Shown one piece after another: positions 47,184 through 55,708 of a stretch of DNA of 64,000 bases. Under the pieces are notes generated by a model, which was given only the letters and a program-made list of their open reading frames with translations, was not told the origin of the DNA and made no database searches. A program made the translations under genes and the position numbers. This DNA is from Longimicrobiales bacterium. Lineage in GTDB: Bacteria; Gemmatimonadota; Gemmatimonadetes; Longimicrobiales; Gaopeijiaceae. Positions within the stretch are counted from its first letter, which is position 1. Each line of letters begins with the position of its first letter. The stretch is from contig OZ242008.1 of the NCBI GenBank assembly GCA_965204735.1, positions 1,760,001 to 1,824,000 on the forward strand, given 5' to 3'.

Positions 47184-47665
47184 GGCGGCTCTCCGTGGTG
47201 CTGGACACGAACGTAGCGCATGTCGCCAACGGGCGGACGCCTCAGGCCAGCCCGAGTTGCGTGACAGCGTGCATTGACCGAATGGATCGGATCGTTCAGG
47301 GAAAGGAGCGGCTGGTTCTGGACGATCAAGACCGCATTCTCAAGGAATACCCGACGCCCACCGGGCAGCTGGGAGCCGGTCACGCCTTCGTCAAGTGGGT
47401 CTGGACCAACCGCTACAACTCGGCGCTCTGCGAACTCGTCGCGATCCATGCTCACGAGGCCCGCGGCTTTGTTGAGTTCCCTGAGGACGACAGCTTAGCC
47501 ACGTTCGACTCAGACGACCGCAAGTTCGTCGCCGTCGCCCTTGCCAGCGGGGGCTCGCCGCCGATCGTCAACGCCACAGACACAGGGTGGCGCGACCATC
47601 AGGAAGTGCTGGCCCGACACGGCGTCCACATCGACTTCATCTGCCCCGAACTCATGGAGAAGTAG
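47180..47665 (+). CDS. PIN-like domain protein
   Basis: VLDTNV, ILKEY, DSDDRKFVAVA and NATD. ATGA overlap with the ATPase. Confidence 0.78.
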   Translation: MRRLSVVLDTNVAHVANGRTPQASPSCVTACIDRMDRIVQGKERLVLDDQDRILKEYPTPTGQLGAGHAFVKWVWTNRYNSALCELVAIHAHEARGFVEFPEDDSLATFDSDDRKFVAVALASGGSPPIVNATDTGWRDHQEVLARHGVHIDFICPELMEK

Positions 47666-47668
47666 GTC

Positions 47669-50600
47669 ATGGCGCTGACGCATCACGAGCGGGTAGGAAA
47701 GGCGATGGAGCTCCTGCGCCAAGGACTGGGTCCGTTCGTGGAGCGCGAGGTTCGAGAGCGGGTGGCGAAGGGCATCGTGCAGATGCGCGAGATCCGTCGT
47801 CGCCTGAGCGATCCCAAGGCCGTCGAAAAGCCCGTCGCGGAGTGGGACGCGGCCGCGCAGCTCAAGGTGATGTGGGATTTCTGGCACGAGGTCTTCCGCT
47901 TCACGCTGGGCAGGTCCGAGCGCTCGCTGGTCCAGGAGCTTCGGGAGTGGCGCAACAAGTGGGCCCACCAGGAGCGGTTCTCCAGCGACGACGCCTATCG
48001 GGCGATCGATTCGGTCGAGCGCCTGCTGGCTGCGGTCTCGGCGCCCCAAACAGACCAGGTCCGGGAAATGAAGGCCGATCTGCTGCGGCAGACGCTGGAC
48101 CAGCAGATGCGCAACCGGGAGCGCAGGAGCGCGTCCTCGCCCGCCGCCGGCGCGTCCTCGTCGCTGACGGCTTGGCGGGAAGTGGTCAACCCCCACGACG
48201 ACGTGAGCAGCGGCAAGTACCAGCACGCCGAGTTCGCCGCCGACCTGTGGCAGGTCCACCGGGGAGGTGGGAGCCCGGAGTACCGCGACCCCGAGTCGTT
48301 CTTCCGGCGCACCTACCTGACCAGCAACCTGCGCAAGCTGCTGGTGGGGGCCGTCCAGCGCGCGTCCGGCAAGGGCGGCGATCCGGTCGTGCAGCTGCAG
48401 ACCAACTTCGGCGGCGGCAAGACCCACGCCATGCTCGCCCTGTACCACCTGCTGTCGGGCGAAGCGCCGCTGGAGCTGGACGAGGTGGGCGAGCTGCTGG
48501 AGGAAGCGGGCGTGGAGGCGCCGCCCCGGGCGAAGCGCGTGGTGCTGGTGGGGAACCGGATGTCGCCCGGCAACCCGGACACGAAGCCCGACGGCACCGA
48601 AGTGCGCACGCTCTGGGGCGAACTGGCGTGGCAGTTGGGGGGACGCGACGCCTTCGAGAAGGTGCGCCCGGACGACGAGAAGGCCACGAGCCCCGGCGAC
48701 CGGCTGCGCGCGCTCCTGGAAGAGCACGGGCCGGTGCTGATCCTGATCGACGAATGGGTCGCCTACGCCCGCCAGCTCCACGAGCAGAGCGACCTGCCGG
48801 GCGGCAGCTTCGAGACGCAGTTCACCTTCGCGCAGGCGCTCACGGAGTCGGCGAAGGTCGTGGACGACTGCCTGCTGGTGGTGTCGCTCCCGGCGTCGGC
48901 CTCCGGCGGCACGGACAGCGGCGGCTCCCAGGCCGACGACGCCGAAGTGGGCGGCGTCCGGGGGCGCGAGGCGCTGGACCGGCTGGGCAACGTGGTGGGC
49001 CGCGTCGCGACGGCTTGGCAGCCCGCGACATCCGAGGAAGGGTTCGAGATCGTGCGCCGGCGACTCTTCGAGCCCCTGGACGGCAAGGCCCGCGAGGCAA
49101 GGGACCTGACGGCCCGGCGGTTCGGCGCGGTCTACCGTCGCCACAAGGCCGACTTCCCTTCGGAGTGCCGCGACGCCGACTACGAGAAGCGCATCCGCGC
49201 CGCGTACCCCATCCACCCGGAGATATTCGACCGTCTCTACACCGACTGGTCGTCGCTGGCCAAGTTCCAGCGGACCCGGGGCGTCCTGCGCCTCATGGCG
49301 TCGGTCATCCACAGCCTTTGGGAGAGAGGCGACCGAAGCCCCTTGATCATGCCGTCCACGGTTCCGGTGGACGACGCCCGCGTGCTGCCCGAGCTGACGC
49401 GCTACCTGGCCGACAACTGGACGCCGATCATCGACGCCGACGTGGACGGCCGCACTTCGCTGCCGCACAAGCTGGACGCCGAGTTCTCCAACCTGGGCAA
49501 GCACTGGGCCGCCCGTCGCGTGGCGCGCACCGTCTACCTGGGGTCCGCGCCCTTGACCGCCGCGGCCAACCGGGGCGTCGACGACCGCAAGGTGAACCTG
49601 GGCTGCGTCATGCCCGGAGAGCCCGTCTCCGTCTTCGGCGACGCCCTTCGGCGCCTGGCTTCGCGGGCCACGTACCTGTACCAGGACCGCAGCCGCTACT
49701 GGTACGACACCCAGCCCACGGTAGCCAAGCTGGCGCAGCAGCGAGCGGCCGAACTGGTCGGCGATCCTCACCTGGCCGGCGAGGAGTTGGCGCGCCGTCT
49801 GCAAGAGGAGTTCGGCAAGGCCCCCGGCCGGTCGAAGCATCCGCGCGTGCACCTGCTTCCCCGCTCGGCGGCCGACGTGCCCGACCACAGGGACGCCCGG
49901 CTGGTCGTGCTGCCCCCCGACCGCCCCTACGCCAAGGAAGCGGGGAGCGAGGCACAGGCCGCCGCCGGCGCCCTCTTGGAAAGCCGGGGGAGCGGACCGC
50001 GCATCTACCGCAACACGCTGGTCTTCCTGGCCGCGGACCGGGTGCGGATGCAGGACATGGACCAGGCGGTGCGGGAGTACTTGGCTTGGCAGTCGATCTT
50101 GGATGAAAAGGAGTCGCTCAACCTCGACCCCCACCAAGCCCGGCAGGCCGAGAGCAGCCTGAAGTCCGCCGCCGATGGCGTGGAGGCGCGACTGCCGGAA
50201 GTGTACAAGTGGCTCCTGGTGCCCGAGCAGGAAGACGCGGCATCCGAAATTGCTTGGCGAGCCACCGAGATGAGGCACCGGGACGGCGTGGCCAGCCGGG
50301 CGTTCAGGCGAATCGCCGACGAGGACTACGTGATCCCGCGCCTGGGCGCCACCATCCTGCGGATGCACATGGACAAGGTGCCGCTCTGGCGCGGAGACCA
50401 CGTCCCGCTGCGCCAGCTGATCGACGACTTCGCCACCTACGTCTACCTGCCCCGGCTGGCGGGACCCGAAGTCGTCGCCGACGCGGTCGCGAAGGGCGTG
50501 GGCACGCTGCTTTGGCGCGACGAAAGCTTCGCCTACGCCGAGAGTTGGGACGAGAACGCCCGGCGCTACCTGGGCCTGACCGTCAGCCCGACGGAGGTGA

Positions 50601-51034
50601 CCGCCGAAGACCGGGGCCTAGTGGTGAAGCCGGAGGCCGCAGTTGCCCAGCTGGAGGCGGAGAAGCCCGAGCAGCCCACGGAAGCCGGGCAGCCCGGCGA
50701 AGGTCGGCGCCCAGACACCGACGACGGTACCGCCGCTCCCGACGAAGGCGCCCAAGACGACCCGCCGCGCCGTCCTCAGCCGCGCCGCTTTCACGGCTCC
50801 GTCGTGCTGAACGCAGACCGCGCAGGCCGGGACGCCGGCCGCGTGGCCGAGGAAGTGATCGCCCACCTCGCCGGGCTGATCGGCTCGGACGTGCGGGTCA
50901 CCTTGGAGATCGAGGCGAGCTTCACGGAACAGAGACCGGACGGCACCGGCGGGGTGCCGGATCACATAGTGCGGGCCGTCACCGAGAACTGCCGCGTGCT
51001 CAAGTTCGACAGCCACGGCTTCGAGACCGAGTAG
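47669..51034 (+). CDS. Swt1-like HEPN + DUF499 AAA+ ATPase
   Basis: HEPN RNKWAH, EFAADL, Walker A TNFGGGKTH, Walker B LIDEW, YPIHPE and FQRTRGVLR. Confidence 0.92.
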   Translation: MALTHHERVGKAMELLRQGLGPFVEREVRERVAKGIVQMREIRRRLSDPKAVEKPVAEWDAAAQLKVMWDFWHEVFRFTLGRSERSLVQELREWRNKWAHQERFSSDDAYRAIDSVERLLAAVSAPQTDQVREMKADLLRQTLDQQMRNRERRSASSPAAGASSSLTAWREVVNPHDDVSSGKYQHAEFAADLWQVHRGGGSPEYRDPESFFRRTYLTSNLRKLLVGAVQRASGKGGDPVVQLQTNFGGGKTHAMLALYHLLSGEAPLELDEVGELLEEAGVEAPPRAKRVVLVGNRMSPGNPDTKPDGTEVRTLWGELAWQLGGRDAFEKVRPDDEKATSPGDRLRALLEEHGPVLILIDEWVAYARQLHEQSDLPGGSFETQFTFAQALTESAKVVDDCLLVVSLPASASGGTDSGGSQADDAEVGGVRGREALDRLGNVVGRVATAWQPATSEEGFEIVRRRLFEPLDGKAREARDLTARRFGAVYRRHKADFPSECRDADYEKRIRAAYPIHPEIFDRLYTDWSSLAKFQRTRGVLRLMASVIHSLWERGDRSPLIMPSTVPVDDARVLPELTRYLADNWTPIIDADVDGRTSLPHKLDAEFSNLGKHWAARRVARTVYLGSAPLTAAANRGVDDRKVNLGCVMPGEPVSVFGDALRRLASRATYLYQDRSRYWYDTQPTVAKLAQQRAAELVGDPHLAGEELARRLQEEFGKAPGRSKHPRVHLLPRSAADVPDHRDARLVVLPPDRPYAKEAGSEAQAAAGALLESRGSGPRIYRNTLVFLAADRVRMQDMDQAVREYLAWQSILDEKESLNLDPHQARQAESSLKSAADGVEARLPEVYKWLLVPEQEDAASEIAWRATEMRHRDGVASRAFRRIADEDYVIPRLGATILRMHMDKVPLWRGDHVPLRQLIDDFATYVYLPRLAGPEVVADAVAKGVGTLLWRDESFAYAESWDENARRYLGLTVSPTEVTAEDRGLVVKPEAAVAQLEAEKPEQPTEAGQPGEGRRPDTDDGTAAPDEGAQDDPPRRPQPRRFHGSVVLNADRAGRDAGRVAEEVIAHLAGLIGSDVRVTLEIEASFTEQRPDGTGGVPDHIVRAVTENCRVLKFDSHGFETE

Positions 51035-51053
51035 ACCGACAGGGGAGAAGACG

Positions 51054-51695
51054 ATGAGCCATGGATGGTGGTGCCGCACCAAGACCTTTCCGATGACCTG
51101 CAAGCACTGCCAACAGCGAGTCTTCTTCTATTCGTGCGACTGCGGGTCGCGGGTCTTCTTCGAGACGCTGGGTCCACCGTGGCGAACGCATTCCTGCTAC
51201 CCGGAAGAGGACTTGTACGCCCCGAGGAGGCCGAGCACCTCGTTCGTGCCGCGCCGGGAGCGACTGGTGCGTGTGCCGAGCACGAAGGGGCCGTTCATCG
51301 CACGAGACTTGGTTCGCAGGGCAACTGCTTCTCCCGTCGACCACCCCATTCGCAGGATCGACCCGGAACGGTCCCGGCGAGCGACGATCGTGGGCGAGGT
51401 GCGGGAGGTGCTGGAAGAGTCCAACGTGTACAAGGCGCTCCGCTACTCGGACGCTCCCATGGGCCGAGCGATTCTGGGCAAGCTTGCGAGCGGACCGATG
51501 GGCAAGGTCACGGTGCACGCACCGCCCGAGACCCGTGGCGACCACATTCGCGAGAGCTACACCGCGTGGGTGCCCGCAGAGCGTGTTCGGGGATCCGAAG
51601 TTGTTCGGGGCGCGGCTGTCGAAGCCGAACTCGAAGCGGTTGTCGTGCCCGACCGCGCAGGCGTGTGGTTCTGCCGTCGGCTCGAGGTCCTGTGA
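51054..51695 (+). CDS. Hypothetical protein: N-terminal Cys/His zinc-binding motif and a beta-rich (OB-like) C-terminus
   Basis: CKHC...YSCDCGSRVFFETLGPPWRTHSC. RBS GGGGAG; 19 nt after the DUF499 stop. Confidence 0.7.
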   Translation: MSHGWWCRTKTFPMTCKHCQQRVFFYSCDCGSRVFFETLGPPWRTHSCYPEEDLYAPRRPSTSFVPRRERLVRVPSTKGPFIARDLVRRATASPVDHPIRRIDPERSRRATIVGEVREVLEESNVYKALRYSDAPMGRAILGKLASGPMGKVTVHAPPETRGDHIRESYTAWVPAERVRGSEVVRGAAVEAELEAVVVPDRAGVWFCRRLEVL

Positions 51696-51698
51696 GCC

Positions 51699-52294
51699 GT
51701 GCGCTACGGCAAGGAAGAGCTTCGGGAACTGCTGCGCGGCGGCGAATCGCACTTGGTCGAGTTCAAGCGGAGCCTGGGCGACCGGCGGAGCGTTCGCCGC
51801 AACATCTGCGCCTTCGCCAACGACGGACCGGGCACGGGCAGGGCAGGAGTCATCTTCGTCGGAATCGACGACGACGGGACTTGCGCAGAGACGCGCATCG
51901 ACGACGGCCTGCTCAAGACGCTTGCGCTGATGCGCGCCGACGGGAGCATCCAGCCGCTTCCGGCAATGCGAGTGGACGAAATGACGATCGACGGCTGTCG
52001 CGTGGCCGTGGTTCAAGTTGAACCGTCGCGAACTGGTTCGACAACCGAGTCGACATCGAGAGTCCGGGCGGCCTCTACGGCCGGGTCACGCGAGCGAACA
52101 TCGAGGAGGGCGTCACCGACTACCGCAACCCGTTGGTCGCGGAGATCATGTACCACCTCGGATTCGCCCAGCGATTCGGCGTGGGGATTCCAATCGCCAA
52201 GGAAGCGTTGCGCGACAACGGCAACCCGCCTCTGGAGCTTCGAGCATCCACTTCGAGCCTGACGGCGACTGTGCGGATGCCGCCCGACTTATGA
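51699..52294 (+). pseudogene. Schlafen/AlbA_2 + HATPase_c_4 protein with an internal deletion and frameshift
   Basis: ESHLVEFK...ICAFAND...IFVGIDD up to about 52030. The family C-terminus continues in another frame: WFDNRVDIESPGGL...YRNPLVAEIMYHLGFAQRFGVGI, with TGA at 52292-52294. Confidence 0.82.
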
Positions 52295-53298
52295 AGACCG
52301 TCGCCTTCTTCGGGAAACAAAATCGGAACTGGAACGAGCCTTCTCGTACACCACCTAGCCTGGATGTACGCGAAGCTGGAGTACGATGTGCTGGCGGCGG
52401 ATCTGGACCCCCAGGCGGGCCTCACCGAGCACTTCCTTGACGAGAAGCGGTTGGAGCAGCTGTGGGGCCACGGCGTCGGCGGGACTGTGCATGAGAACTA
52501 TCGTGGTCTGTTGCAGGCCGGGGCCGAAGCCGACGCGCCCCGCCCGTACCTTGAAGACATCGCCGACGGACTGGCGCTGTTGCCGGGCGACCTGTCCCTG
52601 GGCGGAGCGGAAGAGAACCTTGCCGACCACTGGCGAGGTTGCCGGGAAGGGTGCCCGGAGGCGTTTCGGGCGACGGCCGGCCTCTTTCGCGTCATTCACC
52701 GGGCGGCTCGTAAGGCGAACGCCAATCTGATCCTGGTTGACGCTGGTTCCAGCCTGGGCGCCGTTGCCCGCGCCGCGATGCTGGCTGCCGACGAAGTGGT
52801 CGTGACCGTGCAGCCCGGCCCTTCGTCGCTTCGGGGCTTGGCCAACGTGGGTTCGGCGCTCCGACGGTGGCGTGCGGAGTGGCAGGAACTGCTGTCCCGG
52901 GCCCCCGAGTCCACGGAGCCCGGCGACCTGCCGCCCGGGGGACCATGAGGGCGACGGGCTACGTTGTGTGGCAACGCTCGCTCCGCTTGGATCGGCCGCT
53001 AGCGCACAGCTTGCCGTGGCTGAGGCGCATTCCCGTCGACTACCGCCGCCATGTCCTTGGCCATGTCGCCGACCGAGACGTCTGGGTAGACGACGACCCC
53101 TACTGCCTCGGCAACCTCACCTACTATCTGGGCCTGATGCCCATCGCACACGACGCGCGAAAGCCCGTATTCGACCTTAAGCCCGGCGACGGGCTGATCG
53201 GCAACCACATGCCCGACGTCGTCGAACGGTACCGCGAGTACCGCGACATGGCCCAGCGGTTGGCCGAGCGGTGCGAGGCAGCTCCCCGGCAAGGATGA
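52291..53298 (+). pseudogene. ParA/MinD-family ATPase, twice frameshifted
   Basis: MKTVAFF, shift, NKIGTGTSLLVHHLAWMYA...DLDPQ...ILVDAGSSLG, shift, MRATGYVV...ARKPVFDLKPGDG. Shifts fall at G runs near 52312 and 52937. Confidence 0.8.
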
Positions 53299-53341
53299 CC
53301 CCAGCACGAACCTCTCGGACCGTCCACTGGACGTTCGCGTT

Positions 53342-53554
53342 TTACACGAGCTTGCGGAACTCCTCCACGTCAAGACCGACATCTGTCACGATCTTACCCA
53401 TCGTATGAGCGTTGATTGGATTATTGCGCGGAATGGGGACGATATTCACACCATCGGTCATTATGACGTGCTTGCTTTGTCGCTTGACGCGATAGCCCAG
53501 CTTCTCGAAGGCCCGAATCGCGTCCCGATGATTCACACCATGCAAGTTCGGCAT
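53342..53554 (-). CDS. hicA: HicA-family toxin
   Basis: AIRAFEKLGYRVKRQSKHVIM...IP...TMGKIV...EEFRKL; 70 aa; RBS GGAG. Confidence 0.88.
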   Translation of the reverse strand: MPNLHGVNHRDAIRAFEKLGYRVKRQSKHVIMTDGVNIVPIPRNNPINAHTMGKIVTDVGLDVEEFRKLV

Positions 53555-53625
53555 GACCTGCTCCCGTTCTGTTTGTGCTTGGTGCTACGACGGCTGATTA
53601 GCCGCTGTAGCCGCCTGGCTTCGTT

Positions 53626-53651
53626 CTAAAACTAAACTAAACTAAACTAAA
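53626..53651. repeat. Pentanucleotide microsatellite (CTAAA / TTTAG) x5
   Basis: ctaaaactaaactaaactaaactaaa, overlapping the hicB stop codon. Confidence 0.9.
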
Positions 53652-53898
53652 TCGCCACTTTGACCTCGCGGGCCTCGACGCCCGACTCGGCCATATTTTC
53701 GAACATGACTTCCAGATAGTCCCGGAGGGCGTCCGCGATGTTCTCCAGCGCCTCCGCTTCCGTATCGCCCTGCGACACGCATCCAGGAAGTCCTGGAATC
53801 CAGACGCAATAGCCTTCCTCGGAATGGTGAAGTGCAACCGGGTATGTGGTCGTCCGCCCAGCCGTGCTGACGGACGCCGCATGCTGTTTGGCAACCAT
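53647..53898 (-). CDS. hicB: HicB-family antitoxin (short, RNase H-like fold only)
   Basis: YPVALHHSEEGYCVWIPGLPGCVSQGDTEAEALENIADAL. Start uncertain. Confidence 0.88.
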   Translation of the reverse strand: MVAKQHAASVSTAGRTTTYPVALHHSEEGYCVWIPGLPGCVSQGDTEAEALENIADALRDYLEVMFENMAESGVEAREVKVAI

Positions 53899-53998
53899 GT
53901 GTCCCACGGAGTCCTCCCGTGACTTCAGTTTCGTTACCCGCCGGACCGCGGCGCTGCTCCTGGCTACGACTGAAGCATCGCACCCAAGTCCAATTAAG

Positions 53999-55324
53999 TC
54001 AAGCCGTGCCCCCCGACCTTCCCAGCAGCGCCTCCGACTTCGCCCGGAACGCGTCGCCGTCTTCCGTCAGCAGGCCCATCCGGACCAGGATGCGCAGGTC
54101 GCGGAGGAGCGTCCGGTCCGAGAAGCGGCCGTACTCGCGGGCCAAGTCGGGATCGAGGAGCGGCAGGTCGTCGGGGCGGAAGGGGCTGCGGAGCGGGACT
54201 GCGAGCATGAGCGCCCGGCGGCGGCGGAAGACCGACTTCTTGCGGTGCTCCATCTGCTCGAACCGCCGGAAGACGAAGCTGCGCCACGCCGCCTCCAGCT
54301 GGGATTGCCGAAGCGCGTGGACCAACGCCGCCAACCCGTCGGCGAAGCCCTCGGCGGCGTAGGCGATGAACGAAGTCAGCGACCGATCCTCCACGGCGCG
54401 GCGAAGCTGCCGCTCGTACTCTCGGGGCGTGCCGGCGTAGTGCTCGGGCAGCAGGTGGCAGGCAAGCCCCGGCACGCCGGCTCGGAGCAGGCCGCAGCTC
54501 TCGGCCAGCCGCGCCGTCCGTCCGTTTCCGTCGGCGAAGGGACGGATCCACGCCACGTACACGTGGGAAGCGACGGCGTGGACGAAGCCGTCGACGAAGG
54601 GCTGGCCGCTCTCCTCGGCCGAGCCGGCCCCGGAGGAAGCGACGGCGGCCGACGGCGCGCTGGCCCCGGACGCTCCCGTCACGGTCGCGACCGCCCCCGA
54701 TACAGCGGTCGAGACGCCCCCCCGGCACAAGGCGAGAGGACTCGGCGACGCCACGACCGTCCGCGCCGGGGCCGGAGGAAACTCCCGGGCCAACCACTCG
54801 CACAGCTCCTCGACCAGTCGCGGGACCTGGCTGGCGGCAGGGCAGGGAAGACCTTCGCCAGCCTGGTCGGTCGGCTCGCCGCCGGTCGGCTCGTGGTCGC
54901 TCCGGAACTCGCCGGGGACGCCCCGGAAGCGCCTTCCGACACCCCCGAAGCGCCGTCCCAAGTCCCTTCCGACGGTCCCGTGCAGCTCCCGCAACAGGCC
55001 GGGCGAAAGCTCGAGACCTTGCTGCTCCCCGCTCGTCAACGCTCCCCGTGCCGCCGCGTCGTTCCGCACCGCCGTCGCCATGCGCCGCCGACTGCGCGGC
55101 TGGCGTCGCCCGGCAAGCGCTTCGGCCACCTGCTGCACGGAGAGCGTGCTTCCGGCCAGGGCGCCGCTGGCCGCGGTTGCTCGCGTCACCGCTTCGTCCA
55201 GCAGCCTGCGGCGGACCTCGGGCGGAACTGGAGCCTCCCGAAGGGTCGAGACGTTGGCGTCGCACCAGCCCAGGAGGTAGCGAGTCCGGGCCGACACTCC
55301 CCAGTGACGCCGGAATCGGGGCAT
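53999..55324 (-). CDS. Fic-family protein with a non-canonical motif (possibly decaying)
   Basis: PGEFR and WIRPFADGNGRTARL; C-terminal HTH-like RTLLRDLRILVRMGLL. Start ATG 55324 is inferred. Confidence 0.75.
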   Translation of the reverse strand: MPRFRRHWGVSARTRYLLGWCDANVSTLREAPVPPEVRRRLLDEAVTRATAASGALAGSTLSVQQVAEALAGRRQPRSRRRMATAVRNDAAARGALTSGEQQGLELSPGLLRELHGTVGRDLGRRFGGVGRRFRGVPGEFRSDHEPTGGEPTDQAGEGLPCPAASQVPRLVEELCEWLAREFPPAPARTVVASPSPLALCRGGVSTAVSGAVATVTGASGASAPSAAVASSGAGSAEESGQPFVDGFVHAVASHVYVAWIRPFADGNGRTARLAESCGLLRAGVPGLACHLLPEHYAGTPREYERQLRRAVEDRSLTSFIAYAAEGFADGLAALVHALRQSQLEAAWRSFVFRRFEQMEHRKKSVFRRRRALMLAVPLRSPFRPDDLPLLDPDLAREYGRFSDRTLLRDLRILVRMGLLTEDGDAFRAKSEALLGRSGGTA

Positions 55325-55528
55325 CGGAACGCGGGCGCGGGACACGGATGTCGTGCCGGACAAATACGCGCCGGAATTTGACGAGTTGCTGCTTTCGCTC
55401 ACCTTCACGTCCCCAGAAGGCCACTCAAGGGCTCGTTCGATACAAGTACCGGACAAAATCATCCTACTATTTGACGGCGTTCGTGTCCAGGGCCGGAACG
55501 GTGGGAGATCGTCCAGGCCGCCCGGCAA

Positions 55529-55708
55529 GCGTGTCCACGCGTGCCGGGCCCGACGGGGGAAGCATCCCCAGCCCTTCCACCTACAGGATTCCCCACGAGC
55601 GGGAACCGGAGCGACCAACAGGCTGACCCCAGCCCTTCCGTCTACAGGGTTCCCCGTAACGGGGGTGCGTGTCCACACCAGCCGGGCCCGAAGGGGGGAG
55701 CGTCCCCT
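55529..55708. repeat. Mosaic of two imperfect repeat units (A-B-B-A)
   Basis: Unit A (GCGTGTCCAC...GCCGGGCCCGA.GGGGG.AGC.TCCCC) at 55529 and 55667. Unit B (CCCCAGCCCTTCC..CTACAGG.TTCCCC) at 55566 and 55627. Confidence 0.7.

Larger units (their letters stand above)
29474..55324. other. Defence island (~26 kb) between ruvX and icd
   Basis: Cluster of helicase, methyltransferase, ATPase, nuclease and toxin genes, IS elements and lower-GC segments, flanked by core genes. Boundaries are approximate and no integrase was seen. Confidence 0.85.

Noticed and set aside
47510..50401. Long antisense or alternative-frame ORFs (e.g. 47510-50401, 30794-33325, 20928-23489, 57264-59936, and the upstream part of 28941-31673)
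   Set aside because: Shadow ORFs of high-GC coding DNA: Arg/Pro/Gly-rich, without motifs, and overlapping well-supported genes.
29474..51034. Assignment as canonical BREX, DISARM or type I/III R-M
   Set aside because: No PglZ or BrxL, no DrmA/DrmB/DrmC, and no HsdS/HsdR or Res/Mod pair is recognisable.
55566..55655. 29-bp repeat with a 32-nt spacer (61-bp period, as in type I-E CRISPR)
   Set aside because: Only two imperfect copies, the sequence is unlike known CRISPR repeats, and there are no cas genes in the window.
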